Positions 19,061-27,808 of a DNA stretch of 64,000 bases are shown in pieces; positions within the stretch are counted from its first letter, which is position 1, and each line of letters begins with the position of its first letter. Origin of the DNA: Vulcanimicrobiota bacterium (lineage in GTDB: Bacteria > Vulcanimicrobiota > Vulcanimicrobiia > Vulcanimicrobiales > Vulcanimicrobiaceae); NCBI GenBank assembly GCA_963745145.1, contig CAVUWE010000002.1, positions 1,009,780-1,073,779 on the forward strand, written 5' to 3'. The notes below the pieces were generated by a model that ran no database searches, had not been told where the DNA came from, and was given only the letters and a program-made list of their open reading frames with translations. Made by a program: the position numbers and the translations under genes.

Positions 19061-19618
19061 TTAGGCTCTGGCCGGCACCCTCCTCGTCACGCGCCGGCCG
19101 GCATTGCGCGCTCGCCGGCTCGTCGGAGCGAGCCAAGCCAAAAGCGCCCGAGCCGGCGCATCGTAGAATCGGAAGATATCGCCGAACTCGATGTCGGGGT
19201 TTCGGTGATGGCCATCGTGGTCCTCGGGGAGCACGACGGCGAGGGGGCATAGCAGCGCGCGCAGCCATGCCGGCGTTCGCCACCCGAGGTCGGTCGTATG
19301 GCGCCACCAGACGTGAACCTGCCCGGCGGCCAGGCCTGCGACGGCTCCCGGCCAGGAGAAGTGCCAGAGGAGCGCGGCGACGCCAAGATACGGCACGGCG
19401 CCGAGGAAGCCGTCAAGCAAGACGGCCGGGTTCGCAGAGAGCACGGCGTGATCGAAGTACGAGCGCCGGCGGTCGTGGTGCGTCCGCAGGTGGAGCGTAA
19501 ACCAGAGATGTTGCGGAACGTGGTAGAAAAACGTCGAGGCGAAGTCGCCGGCAACGAGCGTAACGATGAAAGCGGCAATAAAGAGCATACTGGCGGTGAT
19601 CTCGCTGGGAAGCTGCAA
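19061..19618 (-). CDS. small membrane fatty-acid-hydroxylase/sterol-desaturase-superfamily protein
   Basis: His boxes HVPQH, HLRTHH, HVWWRH and HDGHH. Ends 1 nt upstream of the GT28 ORF. An alternative ATG start is at 19588. Confidence 0.6.
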   Translation of the reverse strand: MQLPSEITASMLFIAAFIVTLVAGDFASTFFYHVPQHLWFTLHLRTHHDRRRSYFDHAVLSANPAVLLDGFLGAVPYLGVAALLWHFSWPGAVAGLAAGQVHVWWRHTTDLGWRTPAWLRALLCPLAVVLPEDHDGHHRNPDIEFGDIFRFYDAPARALLAWLAPTSRRARNAGRRVTRRVPARA

Positions 19619-20291
19619 CGTTCATACCATATACCACACACACGCCGCTCGTAGCGCGACCGTTCGGCTCGATCGTGCTCTTAATATCGCGTTAAGCTGG
19701 CCGTCGCCCGCCAACGTCGATGCGCTCAAGGGCGCGGTGCTCGTTCGCGACGGCCCGCGAGTCGAGCGGCCCGAGCTGGCGATCGCACGCGCGATCCTTC
19801 GGACGAACCCGCGTATCGCCGGAGCCGATGCGCTGCTCTTCGCCGGTGCAACCGCCCGGGCTGCCCGCGCGCATTCCATGGCGCCGGAGTTCCTCGGCGC
19901 CGTGCTGCTGCAAGAGTCGGCATACGATCCGCGTGCGCTGTCGTCGGCGGGCGCGATCGGGATCGCTCAGTTCATGCCCGACACGGCGGCGGACGTGGGG
20001 CTCGATCCATACGATCCCTTTGCTTCGATCGACGCTGCGGCAGCGCTGTTGGGCGGTTACGTGGCCGAATACCGGAATCGGTACGGCGATCCGTACGCTG
20101 CCGCTCTCGCCGCCTACAACGCCGGACCCGTAGCCGTCGCGCGGTATGGGGGCGTGCCGCCGTTCGACGAAACGCGAGCGTATATCGCGCTGATCTTCGA
20201 CCGCTGGGCGCGCATCGTCTCGTACGAGTCCTTCGTCCTTCGACAAGCTCAGGATGACAAAGTTGGAAAGCGGAAGAAGACGATGAAATGA
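19566..20291 (+). CDS. lytic transglycosylase (SLT domain) lipoprotein
   Basis: Contains LLQESAYDPRALSSAGAIGIAQFMP and AYNAGP motifs. Lipobox-like SLGSC. Its 5' end overlaps the divergent hydroxylase gene. Confidence 0.78.
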   Translation: MKAAIKSILAVISLGSCNVHTIYHTHAARSATVRLDRALNIALSWPSPANVDALKGAVLVRDGPRVERPELAIARAILRTNPRIAGADALLFAGATARAARAHSMAPEFLGAVLLQESAYDPRALSSAGAIGIAQFMPDTAADVGLDPYDPFASIDAAAALLGGYVAEYRNRYGDPYAAALAAYNAGPVAVARYGGVPPFDETRAYIALIFDRWARIVSYESFVLRQAQDDKVGKRKKTMK

Positions 20292-20767
20292 GACTCTTTC
20301 GAAGCGGGCTCATCGCGCTCGCGGCACTGGTACCGCTCGGCTGCGGCATGAGCGCGAGTCCCGCCGACGGACTCACTTTCCGGGCGCCCGCGGGCTGGCA
20401 ATCTTCCCCGGGGATCATGGGCTTCATGCAGTTTTGGCGACCGCCGTCCAACGATCGCGAAGTGCTGATGCTCTTCAAATCGCCGAAGCCCTTGAAGCCC
20501 AACGAAGTCTTTTCCAACGCGCAGCTGAACGACGCGGTGAAGGACGTCAGCATCGAGCGCCGCGCCGAAATCACGATCTGCGGACGTCAGCCCGCGACGT
20601 ACGTCCAGGCGCGCGGATCCTCCGCGCGGGGCGGGGACGAGCGTGTCGAGCTCGTCTTAACGACGACAGGCGGCGGCAGCTACATCGCGATGTACGTTCG
20701 CCCGCTGGTAGGCACGCCGAACCCGGCGGCCGAGGCGGCGTTGAGGGAACTCTGTACGAAGACGTGA
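20288..20767 (+). CDS. lipoprotein, hypothetical
   Basis: ATGA overlap with the SLT gene. Lipobox VPLGC. 159 aa. Confidence 0.55.
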   Translation: MRLFRSGLIALAALVPLGCGMSASPADGLTFRAPAGWQSSPGIMGFMQFWRPPSNDREVLMLFKSPKPLKPNEVFSNAQLNDAVKDVSIERRAEITICGRQPATYVQARGSSARGGDERVELVLTTTGGGSYIAMYVRPLVGTPNPAAEAALRELCTKT

Positions 20768-20771
20768 CCGT

Positions 20772-22187
20772 TTGGCGCGACCTGGTTTCGTAAGGCAGCT
20801 CTTCGCGTGCCAGCCGCTGGGGTGGACGGCGTCCGCGTCGTCGGGCCCGACCCTGCGGCGCGTGTTGGGGTGGCCCGCATTGACTGCGATCGGCCTCGGC
20901 ACGATGCTCGGCGGCATCTTCCCGACGATCGGGGCCGGCGCCCACGCCGCCGGCCCCGGCGTCATTCTCGCCTACGTCCTCTCCGGAATCGTCAGCTTGT
21001 GCGTGGCCCTCTGCTACGCCGAGTTTGCCTCGATGGTCCCGGTAGCGGGCAGCGCGTACACGTATGCGTACGCGACGCTCGGCGAGCTCGTCGCCTGGAT
21101 CATCGGCTGGGATCTCATCCTCGAGTACGGGCTGTCGCTCGCGCCCACCGCATCGTCGCTCTCCGATTACTTTCAGCACATGCTTGCCAACGTCGGCATC
21201 GCCTTCCCGGCGTGGGCGCAGACGGCAAATCTGCACGGCGCGCATCCGCAAATCGACGTTCTCGCGTGCGTCGCGACGCTAGCGATCGCGGGTCTCGTCG
21301 CCGTGGGCATCCGCGAGTCGGCCGGCGTGAACGGCGCGCTCGTCGTGCTGCAAATCGTTGCCATGCTCGTCTTTATCGTTGCGGTCGCGCATGCGATTTC
21401 CCCGGCGAACCTCCACCCGTTCGCGCCGTTCGGCTATCACGGCGTCATCGCCAGCACGGCGCTCGTCTTCTTCGCCTACATCGGCTTCGATACGGTCACG
21501 GTCGCATCAGAGGAAGCGAAGCACCCCGAGCGCGACGTGCCGATCGGCATCATCCTAGCGCTATCCCTGGGAGGCATTCTTTACGTCGCGCTGACGCTCT
21601 GCACCGTCGGAGTGCTGCGCTTCGATCGCCTCTCCGAAGGCGCGGCCATGCTGGATGCGCTCGCCTCGGTTAGCAAGAGCCACACGCTCTACTGGATCGT
21701 CGCGATCGGGGGCCTGGCGGGAAACACGACCGTCATGCTGACGTCGCTGCTCGGGCAGGTGCGAATCTTTTACGTGATGGCGCGCGACCGCATGCTGCCT
21801 CCCGGCGTAGCGCACATCCACCGCGTCTTCCGAACTCCGGCCCGCATGACGCTCGTGACCGGCGCGATCGTCGCCGTGTTCGCAGCCGTGTTGCCGCTCA
21901 CGGACCTCTTGACGCTGGTAAACATCGGTACGCTCGCCGCGTTTGCGATCGTGTGTGCCGGCGTCTTGGTCTTGCGCATCACCAATCCGACGGCGCGGAG
22001 ACCATTCCGGGCTCCGCTACTGCCCCTCTTTTCCATCGCGGGGGCGGCGTCGTGCCTCTATCTCGTCACCGGTCTGCAGGTAGCGACGTGGATTCGCTAC
22101 GGGGTCTGGTTCGCGGTGGGAATCGTCCTGTACGCACTGTACGGTTTCCGCAACTCACGACTTCGAATTACACCGGTCGAGCCGTAA
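20772..22187 (+). CDS. APC-superfamily amino-acid permease (cationic amino-acid transporter type)
   Basis: 12-14 TM, with CYAEFASMVPVAGSAYTYAY and WDLILEY motifs. Confidence 0.88.
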   Translation: MARPGFVRQLFACQPLGWTASASSGPTLRRVLGWPALTAIGLGTMLGGIFPTIGAGAHAAGPGVILAYVLSGIVSLCVALCYAEFASMVPVAGSAYTYAYATLGELVAWIIGWDLILEYGLSLAPTASSLSDYFQHMLANVGIAFPAWAQTANLHGAHPQIDVLACVATLAIAGLVAVGIRESAGVNGALVVLQIVAMLVFIVAVAHAISPANLHPFAPFGYHGVIASTALVFFAYIGFDTVTVASEEAKHPERDVPIGIILALSLGGILYVALTLCTVGVLRFDRLSEGAAMLDALASVSKSHTLYWIVAIGGLAGNTTVMLTSLLGQVRIFYVMARDRMLPPGVAHIHRVFRTPARMTLVTGAIVAVFAAVLPLTDLLTLVNIGTLAAFAIVCAGVLVLRITNPTARRPFRAPLLPLFSIAGAASCLYLVTGLQVATWIRYGVWFAVGIVLYALYGFRNSRLRITPVEP

Positions 22188-22226
22188 AAGGAGGGTTGGA
22201 AGGCGCCGGCGCGGGAACCCCGCGGG

Positions 22227-23225
22227 GTGAGCACCGGGAGTGCGGTGTCCGATCGATTCGAGCTCATCACGGTGCCACGGTCCCGCGGCGTGCCCTCGTT
22301 TGCCGACGACGTCACCCGCGGCCTCACTTCCGAGCCGAAGCGGCTGCCTTCGAAGTATTTTTACGACGACGTGGGGTCGGCGCTCTTCGACGCCATTACA
22401 CGCTTGCCGGAATACTACCTCACTAAGGCCGAGACCGAGATTCTCTCGAGCTGGGGCTGGCAGATGGTTCGCTTGCTCGAAGCGCCGGTCGATTTTCTCG
22501 AGCTCGGCAGCGGGAGCGCGGTCAAGACGCGCATCTTGATCGGCGAGGCGCTGCGCGTCCAAACCGAGCTGTGCTACAGCCCGATCGATATCTCGGTCGA
22601 GGCCGTGCGCGCATCGTCGCTGGCGCTGGTCGAGAGCTATCCTCGGCTGCGCGTGCGCGCCTACGCCGGCGATTACTTCGACGTTCTCGAATCGCGTGCG
22701 ATCCGATCCGAGCATAAGCTGCTCGCCATGCTTATGGGCTCGAACATCGGAAACTACGAGCCGGAAGAAGCGGCCATGTTGCTGAGCTTACTGAGCGGCG
22801 CGCTCCGGCCCGGCGACGGCCTTTTACTCGGGGCCGATCTCAAGAAGGATCGCGCGACGCTCGAGCTCGCCTACGACGATGCCGCCGGCGTCACAGCCGC
22901 GTTCGATCGCAACATGCTCGCTCGCATCAACCGGGAGCTCGACGCGAACTTCGATCCACGCCTCTTTAACCACGTTGCCCGATACGACGAGGTGCGAGGG
23001 TCCGTCGATTCGTTTTTGGAAGCGCGAGAATCGCACGTTGCGACGGTGTCGGGCGTTGGGCTGCAAGTAGCCTTTGCGGCCGGCGAGAGGATTCAGACCG
23101 AATCGTCTTATAAATTCAGCGACGACGAGATCGTGACGCTCGGTCGCACTGCCGGTTTTCGACCCGAGTCGGCTTGGCATGACCGATCCAATCGTTTTAC
23201 CGTTCATCTACTAGTTCGAGAGTAG
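22227..23225 (+). CDS. egtD: L-histidine N-alpha-methyltransferase (EgtD-type, Methyltransf_33)
   Basis: Contains LPSKYFYDDVGSALFDAITRLPEYY, ELGSGS, GSNIGN and TESSYKF motifs. 332 aa. Confidence 0.82.
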   Translation: MSTGSAVSDRFELITVPRSRGVPSFADDVTRGLTSEPKRLPSKYFYDDVGSALFDAITRLPEYYLTKAETEILSSWGWQMVRLLEAPVDFLELGSGSAVKTRILIGEALRVQTELCYSPIDISVEAVRASSLALVESYPRLRVRAYAGDYFDVLESRAIRSEHKLLAMLMGSNIGNYEPEEAAMLLSLLSGALRPGDGLLLGADLKKDRATLELAYDDAAGVTAAFDRNMLARINRELDANFDPRLFNHVARYDEVRGSVDSFLEARESHVATVSGVGLQVAFAAGERIQTESSYKFSDDEIVTLGRTAGFRPESAWHDRSNRFTVHLLVRE

Positions 23226-23239
23226 GAGCACACCCCATC

Positions 23240-24832
23240 ATGCGGCGATTGATTGCTCTTTTCGTTGCGCTTGCTTGGCTTGCGGGCTGCGGGGGTAGCA
23301 CGAGCGGCCCGACCGGTCCGATTCCCGCCGCGCCGGCCGGCATTGCGCCGCCATCGTACGATTCGAGCGTCAACGAGCTGCCGGAGTATCCGGTGGTGAA
23401 GGCGGTCCACGGCGTCGCGAAGGTCACGCTAATCGCTAACATCAACCCGGCAACCGGCTTGCCCGCCTTCCAATACGAGTACATGCACGGCATCGCTCCG
23501 ACGATCGAGCTCAAGCCGGGAGAAACGTTCGTCATCGACTTGACCGACGATCTCCCGCCGAGCGCCGGGATGGCCTCCTACATGAACCTCCACTTTCACG
23601 GTCTGACGGTTACGCCCGAGGGTCACGGTGATAACGTGCTGGGCATGCTCGCGAAGCCGGGACAAAAGCTGCACTACGTCGTGCACGTTCCGAAGACTCA
23701 AGAGCCGGGACTCTACTGGTATCATCCGCACGTGCACGGGCAGACGAGCTACCAAGTCGGTGAGAGCGGAATGTCCGGCGCCATCGTCCTCGATGGCCTG
23801 GAGAGCCACCTCCCCGGCCTGGCCAAAATGAAACAGCGTGTCATCGTCTTCCACGCGACCGGGGTCGGGGTGAACGCGCCCCCGGCCGGCGACGACGACA
23901 TGTCGGGGATGTCCGGAATGTCCGGCGCGGTTCGGATGCGCCCGGCGGGCTCGAACACCAACCCGTGCACGTTCAAAGATGGCCTGACGGTGACACTGAA
24001 CGGCGCGTACCATCCCGACATCACGATCGCCCCCGGTGAGAAGCAGTTCTTTCGCGTCGTCAACGCGACCGGCCATAAGACGCTGCGTCTCAACGTCGAG
24101 GGCGGAACGGAAGAACTGATCGCGATTGACGGCTTCGCTCTGGATACCTATCCCGGCACGCCGCCGACGCTCACCGAAAAGGTCGTAACGATTCCGCCGG
24201 CCGGACGCGCCGAGTTCGTCGTTACGGGACCCAAGAGCGGCCGCGCAAAGTTCCGAACGCTCTGTTATAACACCGGTCCGAACGGCGACGCGGATCCGTA
24301 TCTCTACCTCGCCCACATTCAAGCGCCAAAACACCGCCAGGACGGCGGGGACTTCTCGACGGCGCCGCTGCGCGTAGGCGAACCTCTGCCGCAGAACGCC
24401 TACACCTCGTCGCTTCCGGCGCCGTCGGCAAAGCGTCTGGTCGTCTTCAGTGAGGACAACGAGCCGCACTTCTTCATCAACGGCAAGAGCTTCTCAATTC
24501 ACGCGCCTCCCATGTTCGTCGTTCACACCGGAACGACCGAAGAGTGGAAGGTCGTGAACGTCACCCAAGAGATTCACGACTTTCACATCCACCAGATTCA
24601 CTTCTTGGTGGAGAGCATCAACGGCCAGAAGGTGCAGCATCCGCACTGGGCCGACAGCGTAATCGTGCCGCACCGCTCGACGACGGGTCCGGGCGAGCAA
24701 CATAGCGTTCCGGGTTCGGTCGTGCTGCTGATGGATTTCCGCGATCCGATCATACACGGCGAGTTCGTTTTCCACTGCCATATTCTCGATCACGAAGACC
24801 AGGGAATGATGGCGAAGATCGAGGCGATCTAG
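23240..24832 (+). CDS. multicopper oxidase (laccase-like) lipoprotein
   Basis: Lipobox WLAGC. Copper motifs LHFHGL, WYHPHVHG, HDFHIHQ and HCHILDHEDQGMM. Confidence 0.9.
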   Translation: MRRLIALFVALAWLAGCGGSTSGPTGPIPAAPAGIAPPSYDSSVNELPEYPVVKAVHGVAKVTLIANINPATGLPAFQYEYMHGIAPTIELKPGETFVIDLTDDLPPSAGMASYMNLHFHGLTVTPEGHGDNVLGMLAKPGQKLHYVVHVPKTQEPGLYWYHPHVHGQTSYQVGESGMSGAIVLDGLESHLPGLAKMKQRVIVFHATGVGVNAPPAGDDDMSGMSGMSGAVRMRPAGSNTNPCTFKDGLTVTLNGAYHPDITIAPGEKQFFRVVNATGHKTLRLNVEGGTEELIAIDGFALDTYPGTPPTLTEKVVTIPPAGRAEFVVTGPKSGRAKFRTLCYNTGPNGDADPYLYLAHIQAPKHRQDGGDFSTAPLRVGEPLPQNAYTSSLPAPSAKRLVVFSEDNEPHFFINGKSFSIHAPPMFVVHTGTTEEWKVVNVTQEIHDFHIHQIHFLVESINGQKVQHPHWADSVIVPHRSTTGPGEQHSVPGSVVLLMDFRDPIIHGEFVFHCHILDHEDQGMMAKIEAI

Positions 24833-24840
24833 AGGGCCGC

Positions 24841-25476
24841 TTAAGACGACGCGTTCGGCGCCCACAGGTTCCGGGCGCGGCGTTCCGCGAGGCGCAGTAG
24901 GGCGTCGATGCCGACCGCGAGTGCCGAAGCCACGAGGCTTCCCGCCACGATCATCTGCGGCTGATGGAGCGTGAGCCCGTTGAAGATTAGGACGCCGAGC
25001 CCGACGCCGCCGACGTAACCCCCGAGCGTTGCGATCGCGATCATTGCGATCGCGGCGATTCGAACGCCTCCAATCATCACCGGCAGCGCTTGCGGGAACT
25101 CCACCCGGAGGAGCAACTGATTGGGCGACATGCCCAGCCCTCGGGCGGCGTCGACCTGCGCGGGATCGACGCCGTTGATGCCGGCGGCGACGTTTCGCGC
25201 GAGCATGAACTGCCCGTAGATCACGAGAGCGACGAAGATCGGGGCGAATCCCAAGCCGAAGGCCTGTACGAACACGGCGAGCAGAGCCAAGCTCGGGATC
25301 GTGTAGATCGCACCTAGCGTCCCCAACACCCACGGTGCCACGCGCGGGCGGCGGGCTGCGAGCAGGCCCAGCGGAACGGCGAACGCCAGAGCCACGAGGA
25401 GCGCGATCGCAACGAGCTCGAGATGGCTGCCGGCCAGCGCGGCGACGCGCAGCGGGTGGGCCGCGATGTAGTTCAT
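24841..25476 (-). CDS. ABC transporter permease, osmoprotectant/quaternary-amine (OpuBB/OpuCD-type)
   Basis: 211 aa, 5-6 TM, BPD-type permease. ATGA overlap with the ATPase gene. Confidence 0.85.
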   Translation of the reverse strand: MNYIAAHPLRVAALAGSHLELVAIALLVALAFAVPLGLLAARRPRVAPWVLGTLGAIYTIPSLALLAVFVQAFGLGFAPIFVALVIYGQFMLARNVAAGINGVDPAQVDAARGLGMSPNQLLLRVEFPQALPVMIGGVRIAAIAMIAIATLGGYVGGVGLGVLIFNGLTLHQPQMIVAGSLVASALAVGIDALLRLAERRARNLWAPNASS

Positions 25477-26270
25477 TGCGGCCGAAGGTGCTCGCGGCTG
25501 CGCAGGAAGTATTGCCGGTACACGTCGTCGCCCGCGTGAATCAGTTCGCGCACGTACTGCGTCGCCGGGCGCTCGAAGAGGTCGAGAGGCGCGCCGACCT
25601 GTTCGATGCGCCCCAAGCTCATGACGACGATTCGATCGGCCAACCGGAAGGCTTCGTCGACGTCGTGTGTCACGAAGAGCGTCGTCGTTCGCAACTCCGC
25701 GACGATGCGCACCAACTCGCGTTGAAGGGCCGTCCTCACGACGACGTCAACGGCGCCGAACGGCTCGTCCATCAGCAGCGCTCGCGGGCGCGCCGCGATT
25801 GCGCGCGCGACGCCGACCCGCTGTGCCTCGCCTCCGGAAAGCTCGCTCGGCCGCCGATCGCGATAGACCTCCGGCTCCAGGCCGACGAGGCGAAGCAAAT
25901 CGTCGACGCGTTCGGCAATTTCTCGGCGATTCCAGCCCAGCAGCGAGGGAACGACGGCGACGTTCTGCGCCACCGTCATGTGCGCGAAGAGCCCTACGGC
26001 CTGAATCGCATATCCGATGCCGCGACGCAACTCGACGGGATCGAGCTGGTTCACGTCCGTACCGTCGACCAGAACGCGTCCTGCGTCGAGGGCGACGAGT
26101 CGGTTAACGGTGCGCAAGAGCGTAGACTTGCCGCAGCCCGACGGCCCGAGAAGGACGACGAGCTCGCCACCGCCCGCCTCGAAGGAGATCCCCTCGATCG
26201 CGTTGCGGTCCGAGCCCGCGTAGCGAACCGTCGCGTCTTCGAATCGAATGGATGCCGCCGCCGCGCTCAT
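25473..26270 (-). CDS. ABC transporter ATP-binding protein (OpuCA/OpuBA-type, no CBS domains)
   Basis: Walker A GPSGCGKST, signature LSGGEAQRV, Walker B LLMDEPFGAVD. ATG 26270 overlaps the SBP stop. The track's 540-aa ORF is an artefact extension. Confidence 0.9.
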   Translation of the reverse strand: MSAAAASIRFEDATVRYAGSDRNAIEGISFEAGGGELVVLLGPSGCGKSTLLRTVNRLVALDAGRVLVDGTDVNQLDPVELRRGIGYAIQAVGLFAHMTVAQNVAVVPSLLGWNRREIAERVDDLLRLVGLEPEVYRDRRPSELSGGEAQRVGVARAIAARPRALLMDEPFGAVDVVVRTALQRELVRIVAELRTTTLFVTHDVDEAFRLADRIVVMSLGRIEQVGAPLDLFERPATQYVRELIHAGDDVYRQYFLRSREHLRPQ

Positions 26271-27154
26271 GGTTTTTCTCGAATCGATTTGAGGAAGGCA
26301 GCAGCGACATCGGCGGGATCCTGTTGTAGATGCTCGACCGCGGCGTTCATCGTGCGTGCGGCGCGGTCGGTGATTCCCGGTGACACCGCGTCGAGCACTC
26401 GCGCGATCTGCGGCCGCGCGGCGAGCGTTTGCGCGCGGACGACCGGTGCGACGTTGTACGCCGACCAAAAATGCCGGTCGTCGCGTAAGAGCACGAGCGA
26501 GTCGGTTGCGATCGCGCCGTCGGTTGTGAACGCGCTTGCCACGTCTGCCTTCCTTTCGGTCAACGCGCGATACTTCAGCGCGATGTCGTACGTCCGCACA
26601 TCGGCGAAGCGAAAACCTCCGTAGAATTTCTGCAAGCCGGGCAACCCGTCGGGCCTGGCGAGGAACTCTTGAATGGTCGCCAGCCGCAATCGCGGAGCCG
26701 CGCGCGCGACGTCGGAGAGATCGGCGAGGCTCTCCCTTGCGGCAACCTCGCGCGTCGTCGCCAGCCCCTGGGAGTCGTTCATCGGTGACGGCTCGAGCCA
26801 AGCGATGCCGTACCGCTCGCGAAAGAGGCGCGAAACGACGGCGTACGCTTCGCGCGGATCGGCGATCGGCGCGAGGTGGAGCACGTCGATCAACGCCGTG
26901 CCGGTGTACTCGGGGTAGAGATCGACGTTGCCGCGTGCCATCGCGGCGATGGCGATCTGTGTCGAGCCGAGGTTGAAGAGGCGGTCCACGCGCATTCCGG
27001 CGGCTTCGAGCGCTTGTGCGTAAATTTCGGCGATCACGAACGACTCGGTGAAGTTCTTCGACCCGACGCGGACGTGCGAACCGTCGAGTCCGCACCGCGC
27101 GAGCGCCGGCAACGCCGAGATCAGCGCTAAGGCCCGCTGGCGCGAGAGGCTCAT
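26267..27154 (-). CDS. glycine betaine/choline-type substrate-binding protein (OpuAC family)
   Basis: Signal peptide plus GSKNFTESFVIAEIYAQALEAAG and DLYPEYTG motifs. Confidence 0.85.
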   Translation of the reverse strand: MSLSRQRALALISALPALARCGLDGSHVRVGSKNFTESFVIAEIYAQALEAAGMRVDRLFNLGSTQIAIAAMARGNVDLYPEYTGTALIDVLHLAPIADPREAYAVVSRLFRERYGIAWLEPSPMNDSQGLATTREVAARESLADLSDVARAAPRLRLATIQEFLARPDGLPGLQKFYGGFRFADVRTYDIALKYRALTERKADVASAFTTDGAIATDSLVLLRDDRHFWSAYNVAPVVRAQTLAARPQIARVLDAVSPGITDRAARTMNAAVEHLQQDPADVAAAFLKSIREKP

Positions 27155-27744
27155 GCGCGCGCCGCGATTCGGCCGGCTGCGCCGAGGGCGAGGTCGGCTC
27201 CCAACGCCAGCGCGGCGACGACTGCCGCCGCGGCGAAGAGCAACGGGGCGTCGTTGGTCTGCAGGCCGCGGACGATCTCGTCGCCGAGCCCGCCGGCGCC
27301 GATGAAGGTTGCCAGCGTCGCGCTCGCGATCGTTTCAGTGGCGGCGGTGCGCAACCCCGTGAACGACACCGGCAGCGCGAGCGGCATGACGACGCGCGCG
27401 AAGCGCTGGAGCGGCGTCATGCCCATGCCCGCAGCCGCATCCAACGCGGCGAGCGGCACGCCGCGAATGCCGAGATCGACGCTGATGACGATGGGAGGAA
27501 TCGCGAGCAGAGCGAGCGCGACGATTGCCGGCGCCGCTCCCACGCCGAGCCAGGGCAAGAGCAGCATCAGAACGGCCAAGCTCGGGATCGTTCGCCCGAT
27601 TCCCGCCATCGCGAGCACCCAGCCGCGCAGTGAAGCGGACTCGGCGGCGGCGATTCCCAGAGGAAGCCCGGCTGACAGCGCGAGCGCGAGCGACGAGAGG
27701 GCCAGCACGAGGTGCTGGGTGACGTGCGCGAGGAAGTCGTCCAT
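27151..27744 (-). CDS. ABC transporter permease, osmoprotectant type (second subunit)
   Basis: BPD permease. ATG 27744 (MDDFLAHV) is preferred. The longer GTG 27816 start would overlap the ppk1 start. Confidence 0.8.
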   Translation of the reverse strand: MDDFLAHVTQHLVLALSSLALALSAGLPLGIAAAESASLRGWVLAMAGIGRTIPSLAVLMLLLPWLGVGAAPAIVALALLAIPPIVISVDLGIRGVPLAALDAAAGMGMTPLQRFARVVMPLALPVSFTGLRTAATETIASATLATFIGAGGLGDEIVRGLQTNDAPLLFAAAAVVAALALGADLALGAAGRIAARA

Positions 27745-27808
27745 CGAGGTAAGTTTTTTGCCGCGCGGGAGGCGAAACCCGGCCCCGACCGGTAAGCAGA
27801 AAAAATCC

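Noticed and set aside
20229-20260. The motif tccttcgacaagctcaggatgacaaa at the 3' end of the SLT gene (translating to SFVLRQAQDDK, or HPELVEG on the opposite strand). It shares 14-15 nt with 52631-52650 inside aceE (cgacaagctcagga) and with 63826-63840 inside BNR paralogue 3 (gctcaggatgacaaa). It resembles a repeat I have seen translated as FDKLRMT/ILSLSKDE in metagenomic ORFs.
   Set aside because: Exact matches of 14-15 nt are expected by chance several times in a 64-kb GC-biased window on both strands. No palindromic partner arm is nearby. All three sites lie inside coding sequence.
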